Shown in pieces: positions 27,416 to 38,700 of a stretch of DNA of 64,000 nucleotides (its first letter is position 1; each line of letters opens with the position of its first letter). The stretch comes from Eledone cirrhosa (lineage: Eukaryota). The notes under the pieces are model-generated. The model saw nothing but the letters and a program-made list of their open reading frames with translations, ran no database searches and had not been told where the DNA came from. The stretch is from assembly GCA_964016885.1 (NCBI GenBank), contig OZ024744.1, forward strand, positions 47,554,001 to 47,618,000. The letters run 5' to 3'. The position numbers and the translations under genes were made by a program.

Positions 27416-27835
27416 TATTTTGCACTACACTGTATGCTTAATTAAAAGCATTTCGAAGATCTTATGCTATTTTTTAGAGTAGTGACAGTCTCACTTACTT
27501 TAAACTTTCAGCAAACAGGGGAGATAAAGCTGACAGAGCTATGTTTCGTACTGATTGTTACTTATCAAAGCCAAGTACTCCACCTTTTTGCTGAAAATCA
27601 TGAATGTTTGATTCTTATATAAATTCTAGTAATAATCAGGAACTGATTATACAGAGCGGTTGCCGGTCAAGCAGAAATTGAAAATTAGAATTGGCGCTCT
27701 GAAATAGCGATATATATATGAATGTATATATATAGTGTATTTTGCAATACACTGTATGCTTAAGTAAAAGCATTTCGAAGACCTTATGCTATTTTTTAGA
27801 GTAGTGACAGTCTCACTTACTTTAAATTTTCAGCA
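27412..27835 (-). mobile_element. Small non-coding element with ~102-bp direct repeats (period 321 bp) and an internal hammerhead; second copy 31025..31448
   Basis: 27412..27513 repeated at 27733..27834; each repeat abuts a TA run. Confidence 0.75.
27528..27572 (-). ncRNA. Type I hammerhead with U3-A8 core (UUGAUAA), GUC cleavage triplet; identical copy 31143..31187
   Basis: Minus strand GGCT-TTGATAA-GTA ACAATCAG TAC-GAAACA TAGCTC TGTC-AGCT. Confidence 0.75.
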
Positions 27836-28545
27836 ATATTGTTATGCTTTGGGAGAGTCGTGTTGCCAATAAGAAACACACGCACCAGCTGCTTTCACTC
27901 CAATTTATTGTAAGTTAAATTTATAAATTTAAGAATTTATGAATTTCCGGTTGGTTGGTTTGTTCCACAACCGGACGGTTGTTCATATATTGTCAAAGTT
28001 CTTTCATCACACATTCTGTGAACTCTTCAGTGACTGGGGATTCTTTTCTTTGTTTTGTGCCTCTCCTTTGTTCTGTCCTACGCCATCTTGTTTTTGTGTG
28101 TGTGTTGTGTGCTTAGTTTGCGCATGTGTTCCATCCGGGCGTCTATGTGTGTTTTTTATAAAAATAAAAATAAAAACAAAAACACACTCAGACACCCGGA
28201 TGTAACACAAAAACAAGACACAACACACAAAAACAGGATGACGTAGGACAGAACAAAGGAGAGGCACATTAGACAGAAAAGAATCTCTAGTCACTGAAGA
28301 GGTCACATAATGTGTGACGAAAGAACTTTGCCAATATATGAACAACCGTCCAGTTGTGGAACAAACCAACCAACCGGAAATTTATAAATTCTTAAATTTA
28401 TAAATTTAACTTATAATAAATTGGGTGAAAGTAGCTGGTGCGTGTGTTTCTTATTGGCAACATGACCCTCCCAAAGCATAACAATATCGGGTTCAACACT
28501 CGTTTTCAGATAAAGAATCTTGCTAAACAAATTCAGAAACGAAAT
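27836..28545. mobile_element. Inverted pLTR pair of PLE family A (palindromic, no ORF); similar units 31449..32152 and 47351..48046, single arm 41600..41995
   Basis: Left part is the reverse complement of the right part; arms match the 3' region of the GIY-YIG element at 45817..46270. Confidence 0.88.
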
Positions 28546-28580
28546 ATATATATATATACATATAGCAGAGTATAACAATT

Positions 28581-28695
28581 TTAATGTAGATTAGGTTCTA
28601 CAGGTCTACAACTGTTTCATTCTTTAGAAATAATCAGGATTCCTGATGATATCTAATGAATGAAACAGTTCTAGTCCTGTAGAATCTCATCTATA

Positions 28696-28699
<4 letters not shown>
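28581..28699. ncRNA. Palindromic double hammerhead (one motif per strand); second copy 37213..37326
   Basis: Centre ATCAGGA-T-TCCTGAT at 28640; arm consensus CTGATGA-TTTCTAAAGAAT-GAAAC AGTT GTA-GTCCTG. Confidence 0.7.
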
Positions 28700-28738
<39 letters not shown>

Positions 28739-28745
28739 CACATAT

Positions 28746-28994
28746 CAGTGGTCCCCAACCTTTTCTGAACCATGCCCCTCCTCAATCTAAAATATGTTTA
28801 TGTCCCCCTTTATTATTAAAACAAACAGAGCGTGGTAAAAGTGTTATTACTGTAATATAAAGTAGAGATCCTTTAATTAAACAAAGCTAAGATGCAGCGA
28901 TGGTCAATACAAACGTATTATATCACTTTCAAATTGACCCGTATTATATTCGAATTAACCCCAGTCGGGCATGTACCCACGTTGGGAATCCCTG
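28746..28994 (+). mobile_element. hAT-like MITE; other copies 26786..27015, 37351..37585, 41269..41593(-), 43000..43226, partial at 26195-26263, 40780, 42000-42152, 42655-42728
   Basis: Imperfect TIRs CAGTGGTCCCCAAC / GTTGGGAATCCCTG resembling hAT (Charlie-type) termini; AT-rich flanks obscure any 8-bp TSD. Confidence 0.7.
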
Positions 28995-29327
28995 ATATAT
29001 AAATATATGTGAGTGTGTTGCTATGACTGCTATTTCTAGCAGGTTTACTGCTGTCCTGTAGAGACACAACGAAAACCGGAAGTGGCAGCTATTAAAAAAC
29101 TTTGGCTTAAAATCAGTGAAAATATTTTAAACAATAGAAAATTTAATGTAAACAAACCAGGGTGTTTTTGCCAAGAAAGGTAACTCTTGTTTTACTTAAT
29201 CGCAAAAATCGTGACAAAAATGTTGCGGGTGTGCAGTTGATTTGGTCCTGGTTGTTGGTATTTGACTGCTATTTCCAGCATGTATGGACACTTTAGCAAT
29301 AGCGGCGAAAAACGGAAAGGACACTCA

Positions 29328-29394
<67 letters not shown>

Positions 29395-29438
29395 AGAAGA
29401 AGTTTACGAAATGGAAATGCGGGTATATAGAATTTATT

Positions 29439-29555
29439 AGGTAACAATTGTTTCTATAGTGTATGGGTTACCTATACCTCGCTATTTGAATAATATACAA
29501 ATATTATCATAAGCCGAAGGTACACTGTAAGCAAACACACCATGTCTTCAGACCT
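29439..29555 (-). ncRNA. Type I hammerhead with ~90-nt helix II
   Basis: Minus strand AGGT-CTGAAGA-CATGGTGTG...TACACTATA-GAAAC AATT GTT-ACCT-AATAAA. Confidence 0.7.
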
Positions 29556-29965
29556 TTGTATTAGAATGATATGAAAATATTTTATACACTAGATAAAAGA
29601 TAAAGAAGGAGGTAGGAAGAGAAGGGGAAGAGGGAAGTGAGTAAGGTGGAGGGAGTCTTAGGATTTAAGACTGTCAGACTAGTAGAGATTGTGAGGAGAG
29701 AATGTTTTGGCAGCGGTTAGCTTAATGAGGCGTGCTAATGTTGGCGGGGAAGTAGATTCTTCTAGTGGTGTTGTTCGGACAAAATTTAGTTAAAGGGGTC
29801 AAAGTGGTACAGTGTCACAGACAAGTTATTAGGGCTATTATAGTAGCAGGTTATTTCTAAAGGGGTCCAGAAAAACAGTGTTTAGTACTATTATTATAGA
29901 AAGCCATATCTTGTGTATAAACATATAAGACAGAAGTTTGCAAACGGTGGTATAAAAAGGTAACA

Positions 29966-30682
29966 TTATATGCATTTAAAAAAAGAAAAAGTCGTTTTCA
30001 AACGATGGTTACAGTATAGAGAACGTTCAATTTTGCTGTTCAAAAGTTTGTTTACCGACGTTAAAATGCAGTACATCTCTAAATTGCATAACTTGCAGAA
30101 TCGATGATTTTGCTGATATGCAGGCGCAGCTGCAATAATTTGCCAATCAAGGGAGAACGCTTGATTGTTCCTCCGAAGCTGCCAGGCTTTATCGGCGAGG
30201 GTTGTTACGGAGCGCATTTTCTCGTGCCTGATCGAAGATCGATGTTGGTATAGGCGAGCCTTGAAAGAAGTTGCGGTACATCCGACGTAATACCATTTGT
30301 TGGTTCCGGAATTTATTGTACATCGGTAGACAATATTGCGTGCTAGGCACTGGTTATTCAGTGGGCATGTACCTGGTTTGGTGCAGTTACAATTATTTTT
30401 ATGTTTTGCAGTAGAATCCTGGATAGTTTGGTGGGGTTGTGGTTGCATGTTAGTGGGTTGTATGTTGCTATGCTGGTGCGTTGAGTCATTAGTGATGTAC
30501 TTATTCAGTATTGCTGAGTTGAGTTTTCTAATTAGTTGTTCTATGTTAGGTGCAGTGGAGTATGAGAGTCTAATGGTGCGCGAGTTGAAGATTTTATAGT
30601 ATTTATGTGAAGTTATAAAGTGTTTATTGATTAGTGTATAGAATTGTGAGATAATCTTAGTGCTAATAGAAGAATTGTACAC
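29966..30682 (-). CDS. PLE linker and GIY-YIG endonuclease (fragment of the single PLE ORF)
   Basis: CNC-x5-CPL..QCL..NIVY...YVG.T..SFKAR..QH...TTLA...W...CKLC..E; C-terminal C.H. Confidence 0.88.
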   Translation of the reverse strand: MYNSSISTKIISQFYTLINKHFITSHKYYKIFNSRTIRLSYSTAPNIEQLIRKLNSAILNKYITNDSTHQHSNIQPTNMQPQPHQTIQDSTAKHKNNCNCTKPGTCPLNNQCLARNIVYRCTINSGTNKWYYVGCTATSFKARLYQHRSSIRHEKMRSVTTLADKAWQLRRNNQAFSLDWQIIAAAPAYQQNHRFCKLCNLEMYCILTSVNKLLNSKIERSLYCNHRLKTTFSFFKCI

Positions 30683-32368
30683 GGGGTTATACCATATGTA
30701 CTCTCCACGTCTGACTCTATTTGCTGGTTTGCACCTATTAGTATGCCTATTGATGTGTGTGTGTGTGGTGCAATACTAGTTCGACTTACATGTGTTTTAT
30801 TCGTAGTACTTATGTGGTTATCGTCTAGATATTCAATTTTCTCGCAGTAACCAGCTTTTCTAAGTGCGTCATTATAATATTCAGCATGCTCGTTGAAGTC
30901 TGCAAATTAGACGACAGTCGGGAGATCCTTATGGATATATTTTTAGGGATAGATTTAATAATGGAATGAGGATGGTTCGATTTTACATTAACGTACTTAA
31001 GATTTTCATTAATATATATTATATATAGTGTATTTTGCAATACACTGTATGCTTAATTAAAAGCATTTCGAAGACCTTATGCTATTTTTTAGAGTAGTGA
31101 CAGTCTCACTTACTTTAAACTTTCAGCAAACAGGGGAGATAAAGCTGACAGAGCTATGTTTCGTACTGATTGTTACTTATCAAAGCCAAGTACTCCACCT
31201 TTTTGCTGAAAATCATGAATGTTTGATTCTTATATAAATTCTAGTAATAATCAGGAACTGATTATACAGAGCGGCTGCCGTTCAAGCAGAAATTGAAAAT
31301 TAGAATTGGCGCTCTGAAATAGCGATATATATATGAATGTATATATAGTGTATTTTGCAATACACTGTATGCTTAAGTAAAAGCATTTCGAAGACCTTAT
31401 GCTATTTTTTAGAGTAGTGACAGTCTCACTTACTTTAAATTTTCAGCAATATTGTTATGCTTTGGGAGGGTCATGTTGCCAATAAGAAACACACGCACCA
31501 GCTGCTTTCACTCCAATTTATTATAAGTTAAATTTATAAATTTAAGAATTTATGAATTTCCGGTTGGTTGGTTTGTTCCACAACCGGACGGTTGTTCATA
31601 TATTGTCAAAGTTCTTTCGTCACACATTCTGTGACCTCTTCAGTGACTGGGGATTCTTTTCTTTGTTTTGTGCCTCTCCTTTGTTCTGTCCTACGCCATC
31701 TTGTTTGTGTGTGTGTTGTGTGCTTAGTTTGCGCATGTGTTCCATCCGGGTGTCTGTGTGTGTGTTTATAAAAATAAAAATAAAAACACACACAGACACC
31801 CAGATGTAACACAAAAACAAGACACAACACACACACAAAAACAAGATGGCGTAGGACAGAACAAAGGAGAGGCACAAAACACAGAAAAGAATCCCCAGTC
31901 ACTGAAGAGGTCACAGAATGTGTGACGAAGAACTTTGCCAATATATGAATAACTGTCCGGTTGTGGAACAAACCAACGAACCGGAAATTTATAAATTCTT
32001 AAATTTATAAATTTAACTGATAATAAATTGGAGTGAAAGCAGCTGGCGCGTGTGTTTCATATTGGCAACATGACCCTCCCAAAGTATAACAATATCGGTT
32101 TCAACACTCGTTTTCAGATAAAGAATCTTGCTAAACAAATTCAGAAACGAAAAAAAATATATATATATATAGATAAATCTACCAAAAGTTTACGGTAGTG
32201 TCCAATCCGTATGAAGAACTCAATGTAATCCGGATATCATGAAAATATGAGATGCATTCAAAAATCACTTTCGGTGAAAGATAAACGGAATACAGAGTCA
32301 AGATAAAATATTAAAAAAATAATGAATATAACAAAGAAACAGTTCCTTATATTAAACAAAAAAAAGTT

Positions 32369-32507
32369 CATTATTTTACGATCGTTTCTAGGACATATAT
32401 GTTATAGAATTGGTATGCATATTCAAAAGATCTATGTACAAAATTATACAAACTATCAAGGAGATTATACATACCATCACATATATATGCTGTCTTCAGA
32501 AATAATG
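32369..32507 (-). ncRNA. Type I hammerhead with ~105-nt helix II (mirror of 36891..37029)
   Basis: Reverse complement of CATTATTT-CTGAAGA...GAAAC GATC GTA-AAATAATG. Confidence 0.78.
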
Positions 32508-33597
32508 ATGTATATTTATTGATAATAACAACAATTCAAAATTACAGGTCTGTTTGGGAACAGATTTTAAATAGACCAATGAAATACATAAAAACTCATC
32601 AAGAAAATACAGTTTGGTGTGTGTATATATGTAAGTAAATTCGCTCACAGATATGCATAAAAATATATGCCTATATGCATACGCATGTTGAAAAAGTGTA
32701 TGTAAACATAAAAATTAAAAAATTTAGGGCTAATGTATCTGTATGTTTACAATCTACAGACAAAATATACATATATATACATATATATATACACATATAT
32801 ATATACACACATATACACACATGCATACACACACACGTACACATACATAAACACACACATACATACGAACACACATATATACACACACACACATACGTAT
32901 ATATTATTATTATAACTATATGGATATTGAGGCGCTCACATAAACACGCCCACACACACTTACATTTAGATGCATAAGTAAAGGAGGTAAGGGAGTAAGT
33001 AATTAAAGGAAAGTGTCAAACTTGACATATTTATAAAAATGTATCTATAAAGTTAGAAATAAAAAAAAATTGTTATAGAAGGAAAAAACTTTAAAACGGG
33101 GGAACAAAAAATAATAAGGGGGGGTACGTACATACACAGACGCGAATGTCTCACAAAAGAAATATAAAAAAACATAAAAAAAACATAAAAGAGAGACATA
33201 AAATATACATGCTTATATACTTACGCACATTTACACATCCATACGTTCGATACATACATACGTACACACACACACATACACATACTTAACCTCACACATA
33301 TTAACCTGTTTGTATGCATATACATAAAAATAAGTAAAACATATACTCATACATATAAATACACACCGATATATATATATATATATACACATACGCACAA
33401 CACACATATATATACATATATATACACACACATATATATATATATATACATATACATACACATATATATATATACACACACATATACATACACACATATA
33501 TATATATATATATACATACACACACACATACCCATGTATATATACACAACCACACACACACACACACTCAGACATACATATATATAGAGACATACAT

Positions 33598-33636
<39 letters not shown>

Positions 33637-33715
33637 GTCAGACACATATGCACATATATACACATACATACACACATCTCTACAAATACATATACATACA
33701 CATACATACATACAC

Positions 33716-33767
<52 letters not shown>

Positions 33768-33959
33768 TCATACACGCATATTTACATGTGCACATATGTA
33801 TTTTTATACTCACATACAAATACACAAACATACATACACACTTACATACACATACATACATCCACGCTTACAAATACGAATAATTAATGGGGGGGAAGGG
33901 GGATTAAAATTATTAGTGGGAAATAGTAAATATATAGGTTTCAAGGAACATAGAATATT

Positions 33960-34960
33960 AATCTGCAGTTAAATCATAATATGTGTTTACATAGTTGTGT
34001 CAGTATTAGGAAATGGTATTTGTAAGAAAGAAGGCTAAATTATGTATTTTAATATAAGTAGACTATTAATTATAGGTTAATTAAAGTAAAAATAGTTAAT
34101 ATATTAATTTCTAAGGTGTATACTACTTAGGTTTATAATATTTAAAGCGGAATTTTGAAGTTAAACAGTAGTAGAGTATTAATTATAGCATAACAAAATT
34201 AAAAATAATTACATATATTAACATGATGGTATCAATTTTAGGAAATGAATTTTGTAATAGGGAAAGCCAAATTAAGTATTTCATCGGTAGTAGAATATTA
34301 ATTATAGGTTAACTAAATTAAAAATTATATATTAATTTCTATAGTATATGTTAATTAGGTTTATAATAATTAAAGCAAAATTTTGTATTTTATCTATAGT
34401 AGAATATAATAATAGGTTAACTAAATTAAAATTAATCTATATATTTATTTGTAAAGAGTATATTAATCAGGTATATATTTAAAAGTTTTTCTCAGTTTAT
34501 GATTACACGATAATCTTCAATCCATCTGTATTAGAATTTTAATTATAATCTAACTAAATTAAAATTATAGGTTAACTAAATTAAAATTTATTTATAAATT
34601 AATTTCTAAATTGTATATTAATTAGGTTTATAATATTAAAAAGTATTTCTCCGTTATTAATTACACGATATTTTGTTGTATTTCATCTGTAAAAGAATTA
34701 GAATAAAAGGTTAAATAAACTAAAATTAATCTATATATTAAATTCCAAAGTATATATTAATTATGTTAATAATATTTAAATGTTTTTCACAGTTTATGAT
34801 TATACGATATTTTTTAATTTCATCTGTAGTAGAATTTTAATTAAATTAAAATTATAGGTTAACTACATTAAAATTAATTTATATATTAATTTCTAAAATA
34901 TATATTATTAATTAGGTTTATAATATTTAAATGTTTTTCTCAATTTATGATTACACGATA
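33960..34960. repeat. Degenerate AT-rich tandem repeats that include copies of the last codons of the GIY-YIG ORF
   Basis: TTTTTCTCAATTTATGATTACACGATA-like motif at ~34485, 34645, 34782, 34932; ATTATAGGTTAACTAAATTAAAATT repeated. Confidence 0.7.
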
Positions 34961-36322
34961 TAATTAATTCCTGTCGCTTATTTAATAGGATATCCTTAGA
35001 TTTCATTATTTCAAATAGTTCTTGGGAACACAATCTACATTCATTTCTATTATTTTGATAAGGGGTGGCTCTTTTGAGCACACTCCAGGTCATATCATAT
35101 TCTATATTCTTATTTCTATAACTATTAATTTTTTCTGCTAGAGATGTTGTATTAGCCAGTGCGGCATTTTTAAAACTATGTTTGTGGGTATTAAACCTTA
35201 CCTTAAAATTGTTAGAAGTAGCTCCTATATATGAGCAAATAGAATCTTTAGTTTTAACTTTACATTTATAAACTATGTTGTTAACAAGACAATTTCCTTT
35301 TAATGGGCAGTTTGCTTTGTTTCTACAGTTACAACCTTTCGTTAATTCTGTATTTGAGGAGATATTATGGTTAGTTTGATGTATTGGTGGTATACTTATG
35401 GGTTTTTTTACATTTATATGCATTATAGGCACTTATATTTTGTTTTATATTTTTGGTTGTTGAGTATGAGAATTTAACTGTTGATCTATTTAAGATTTGA
35501 TTGTATTTGTGGTTTGGCGGGAAGTTTTTCTCTAGGATGTTAAAAAATTTTTTAGCAATATTATCCTTAATTTGTAAATTAAATGGAGCATTATACCAAG
35601 TAACTCGTCTATTACGGTTTCTATGTTGTTTATTGTTTTTATAGGATGCATCCTGATGTTTACTAGGAGGATTAATGTTAATGACCTCACCACGCACATT
35701 TTTAGTTAGATTTATTGATTTAGGTGTTTTAGCTTGTTTATTAGGAGTTTTATTATTAACATTTATTAGAGTTGTATGATGAGTAGTTTTTTGAGAGTTA
35801 CTATACTTTATATTAGAGGAGTTAGAGAAATTTGGTTTTATGTTGGTATTTTGGGGTATAGTGTGAGTGGCATTTAGGTGTGTACTTTTCATTTGGTGTT
35901 TGTTGGTAATATTAGGTTGTATGTTTATAGTGTTATTAGTAGAAGGTATATATTCCAATCTATTTTTGTGGCCACTTCTATCTAGAGCTTCGTTATAGAA
36001 GGTCGCATTTTTATCAAATACATCTTGGTTAGACGAAAGGTTAGAAATTCTAAGTGATATATTATATGCAAGGTTTTTAAGGATAGATTTAGGGTGATTA
36101 GATTGTGAGTGTATGTAGTGTAAGTTTTGGTTGGGTTTATGGCAAGGTTGGTAGATACCCGTAGCTAAGTCTAAAGTTATATCTAGAAAATTAACTACTT
36201 TACTTGTGTTTTCAAAAGTAATATCAAGACTATAATAGTCTTTAAGGAAAGTTCTAATAAGCTTTTTGTTTTTTTCTATTCCTGAGAGGCTAAGGTTGTT
36301 GGAAAGAAGAAGACAGTCATCA
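34908..36322 (-). pseudogene. PLE ORF fragment: RT from the catalytic DD onward, Asn-rich linker, GIY-YIG
   Basis: Manual translation DDCLLL...VVNFLDITLDL...SNHP; WYNAPF, KFSYST, CNCRNKANCPLKGNCL..NIVY, YIGAT, CRLC; frameshift near 35400. Confidence 0.9.
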
Positions 36323-36890
36323 TAAAAATTTTTTTATTTCTAACTTTATAGATACATTTTTATAAATATGTCAAGTTTAACACTTTCCTTTAATTACTTA
36401 CTCCCTTACCTCCTTTACTTATGCATCTAAATGTAAGTGTGTGTGGGCGTGTTTATGTGAGCGCCTCAATATCCATATAGTTATAATAATAATATATACG
36501 TATGTGTGTGTGTGTATATATATGTGTGTTCGTATGTATGTGTGTGTTTATGTATGTGTACGTGTGTGTGTATGCATGTGTGTATATGTGTGTATATATA
36601 TATGTGTATATATATATGTATATATATGTATATTTTGTCTGTAGATTGTAAACATACAGATACATTAGCCCTAAATTTTTAAATTTTTATATTTACATAC
36701 ACTTTTTCAACATGCGTATGCATATAGGCATATATTTTTATGCATATCTGTGAGCGAATTTACTTACATATATACACACACCTAACCGTATTTTCTTGAT
36801 GAGTTTTTATGTATTTCATTGGTCTATTTAAAATCTGTTCCCAAACAGACCTGTAATTTTGAATTGTTGTTATTATCAATAAATATACAT

Positions 36891-37029
36891 CATTATTTCT
36901 GAAGACAGCATATATATGTGATGGTATGTATATTCTCCTTGATAGTTTGTATAATTTTGTACATAGATCTTTTGAATATGCATAACAATTCTAACACATA
37001 TATGTCCTAGAAACGATCGTAAAATAATG
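36891..37029 (+). ncRNA. Type I hammerhead with 104-nt helix II, GUA cleavage triplet
   Basis: Perfect 8-bp helix I (CATTATTT/AAATAATG), CTGAAGA at 36899, GAAAC at 37010, palindromic helix III ACGATCGT. Confidence 0.8.
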
Positions 37030-37085
37030 AACTTTTTTTGTTTAATATAAGGAACTGTTTCTTTGTTTTATTCATTAATTTTTTA

Positions 37086-37145
<60 letters not shown>

Positions 37146-37947
37146 ATTCCAGGTTGAATCGGAGGTAACCACAGTAAGTAATGTACTCAATATATAGCAG
37201 ATTATAAAAATTTTAATGTAGTTTCTACAGGACTACAACTGTTTCATTCTTTAGAAATCATCAGGATTTCTGATGATTTCTAAAGAATGAATCAGTTCTA
37301 GTCCTGTAGAATCTCATCTATATTAATATATATATATATTATACACATATCAGTGGTCCCCAACCTATTCTGCACCATGCCCCTCCTCAATCTAAAATAT
37401 GTTTATGTCCCCCTTTATTATTAAAACAAACAGAACGTTGTAAAAGTGTTATTACTGTAATATAAAGAAGAGATCCTTTAATTAAACAAAGCTAAGCTGC
37501 AGCGATGGTCAATACAAACGTATTATATCACTTTCAAATTGACCCGTATTATATTGGGGCGTGTACCCCTCGTTGGGAATCCCTGATATATAAATATATG
37601 TGAGTGTGTTGCTGTGACTGCTATTTCTAGCAGGTTTACTGCTGTCCTGTAGAGGCACAACATAAACCGGAAGTGGCAGCCATTAAAAAACTTTGGGTTA
37701 AAATCAGTGAAAATATTTTAAACAATAGAAAATTTAATGTAAACAAACCAGGGTGTTTTTGCCAAGAAAGGTAACTCTTGTCTTACTTAATCGCAAAAAT
37801 CGAGACAAAAGTTTTGCAGGTGTGCAGTTGGTTTGGTCCTGGTTGTTGGTATTTGACTGCTATTTATAGCATGTATGGACACTTTAGAAATAGCAGCGAT
37901 AAAAACAAAAAGAAGGACACACACACACACACTTATATATATACATA

Positions 37948-37980
<33 letters not shown>

Positions 37981-37981
37981 G

Positions 37982-38605
37982 TAGGAGGTGAGTTTTATTG
38001 TAACACAATAAAGCAATGCAAATATCGGATAAGTAGCACTCAACAATTTATAGGACTGGAGTATAAATAATATAAGATCAAAAGATGGTTAAAAGAGTTC
38101 CATGTATTTTATTATGCGTATTTCAAAAACAAATATCGTCATGTGATGATATTTGCGTTCTCATCAGATAAACCAGGGGGACATGATATGTTTTTTTTTT
38201 AAATTATGTATTATCTTACAACGGTTTTTTTAAATATTCTCTGTGAGACAGTGTTTCTCAGTATTAAAGGCTATCTCTCTCTCTCTCACTCATTTCTCCT
38301 CCTCTCTCATCCTTCCTTCTTATACTCCTCCCCGTCATCCTTTATTTTCTTTCTTCCTCTTCCTTACCTTTTACTTCCCTCTTCCTCCTTTTTTCCCAAT
38401 CTCATATATCCAACTTACTTTATTTTTCATATGTTGATTTAACACTTCACTGCTCGCAAGTGTTTTTTAAGCTTCATATCATGTCTCCCTATTTTATCTG
38501 ATGAGAACGCAAATATCTTCCCATGATGATATTAGTTTTTGAAATGTGCATAATAAATACATGGAACTCTTTTAACCATCTTTTGATCTTATATTATATA
38601 TATAT
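37982..38605. mobile_element. Inverted pLTR pair (arms ~38066..38191 and 38475..38600) of a further PLE family, no ORF
   Basis: Reverse-complement arms, each with a hammerhead; (TA)n flanks. Confidence 0.8.
38493..38557 (+). ncRNA. Type I hammerhead, ~36-nt helix II, AUA triplet; mirror copy 38108..38172(-)
   Basis: TTTAT-CTGATGA-GAACGCAAATATC...GATATT(A/T)GTTTTT-GAAAT GTGC ATA-ATAAA. Confidence 0.75.
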
Positions 38606-38621
38606 ATATATATGCATATAT

Positions 38622-38697
<76 letters not shown>

Positions 38698-38700
<3 letters not shown>

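Larger units (their letters stand above)
29393..31010 (-). mobile_element. 5'-truncated Penelope-like element (Hydra-clade-like)
   Basis: RT C-terminal fragment (LKYVNVKSNHP..IIKSIPKNISIRISRLSS) plus GIY-YIG ORF; bounded by (TA)n on both sides. Confidence 0.9.
32170..37094 (-). mobile_element. Penelope-like element (Hydra-clade-like) with inverted pLTR; arms 32303..33071 and 36327..37094
   Basis: ~0.77-kb reverse-complement arms around a minus-strand RT/EN fragment and a long microsatellite-rich 3' UTR; (TA)n flanks. Confidence 0.92.

Noticed and set aside
32303-37094. DNA transposon with long TIRs (also 48-53 kb and 57-62 kb)
   Set aside because: Arms are PLE 3' UTR/pLTR sequence with hammerheads, the interior encodes RT/GIY-YIG rather than transposase, and arm ends are unequal
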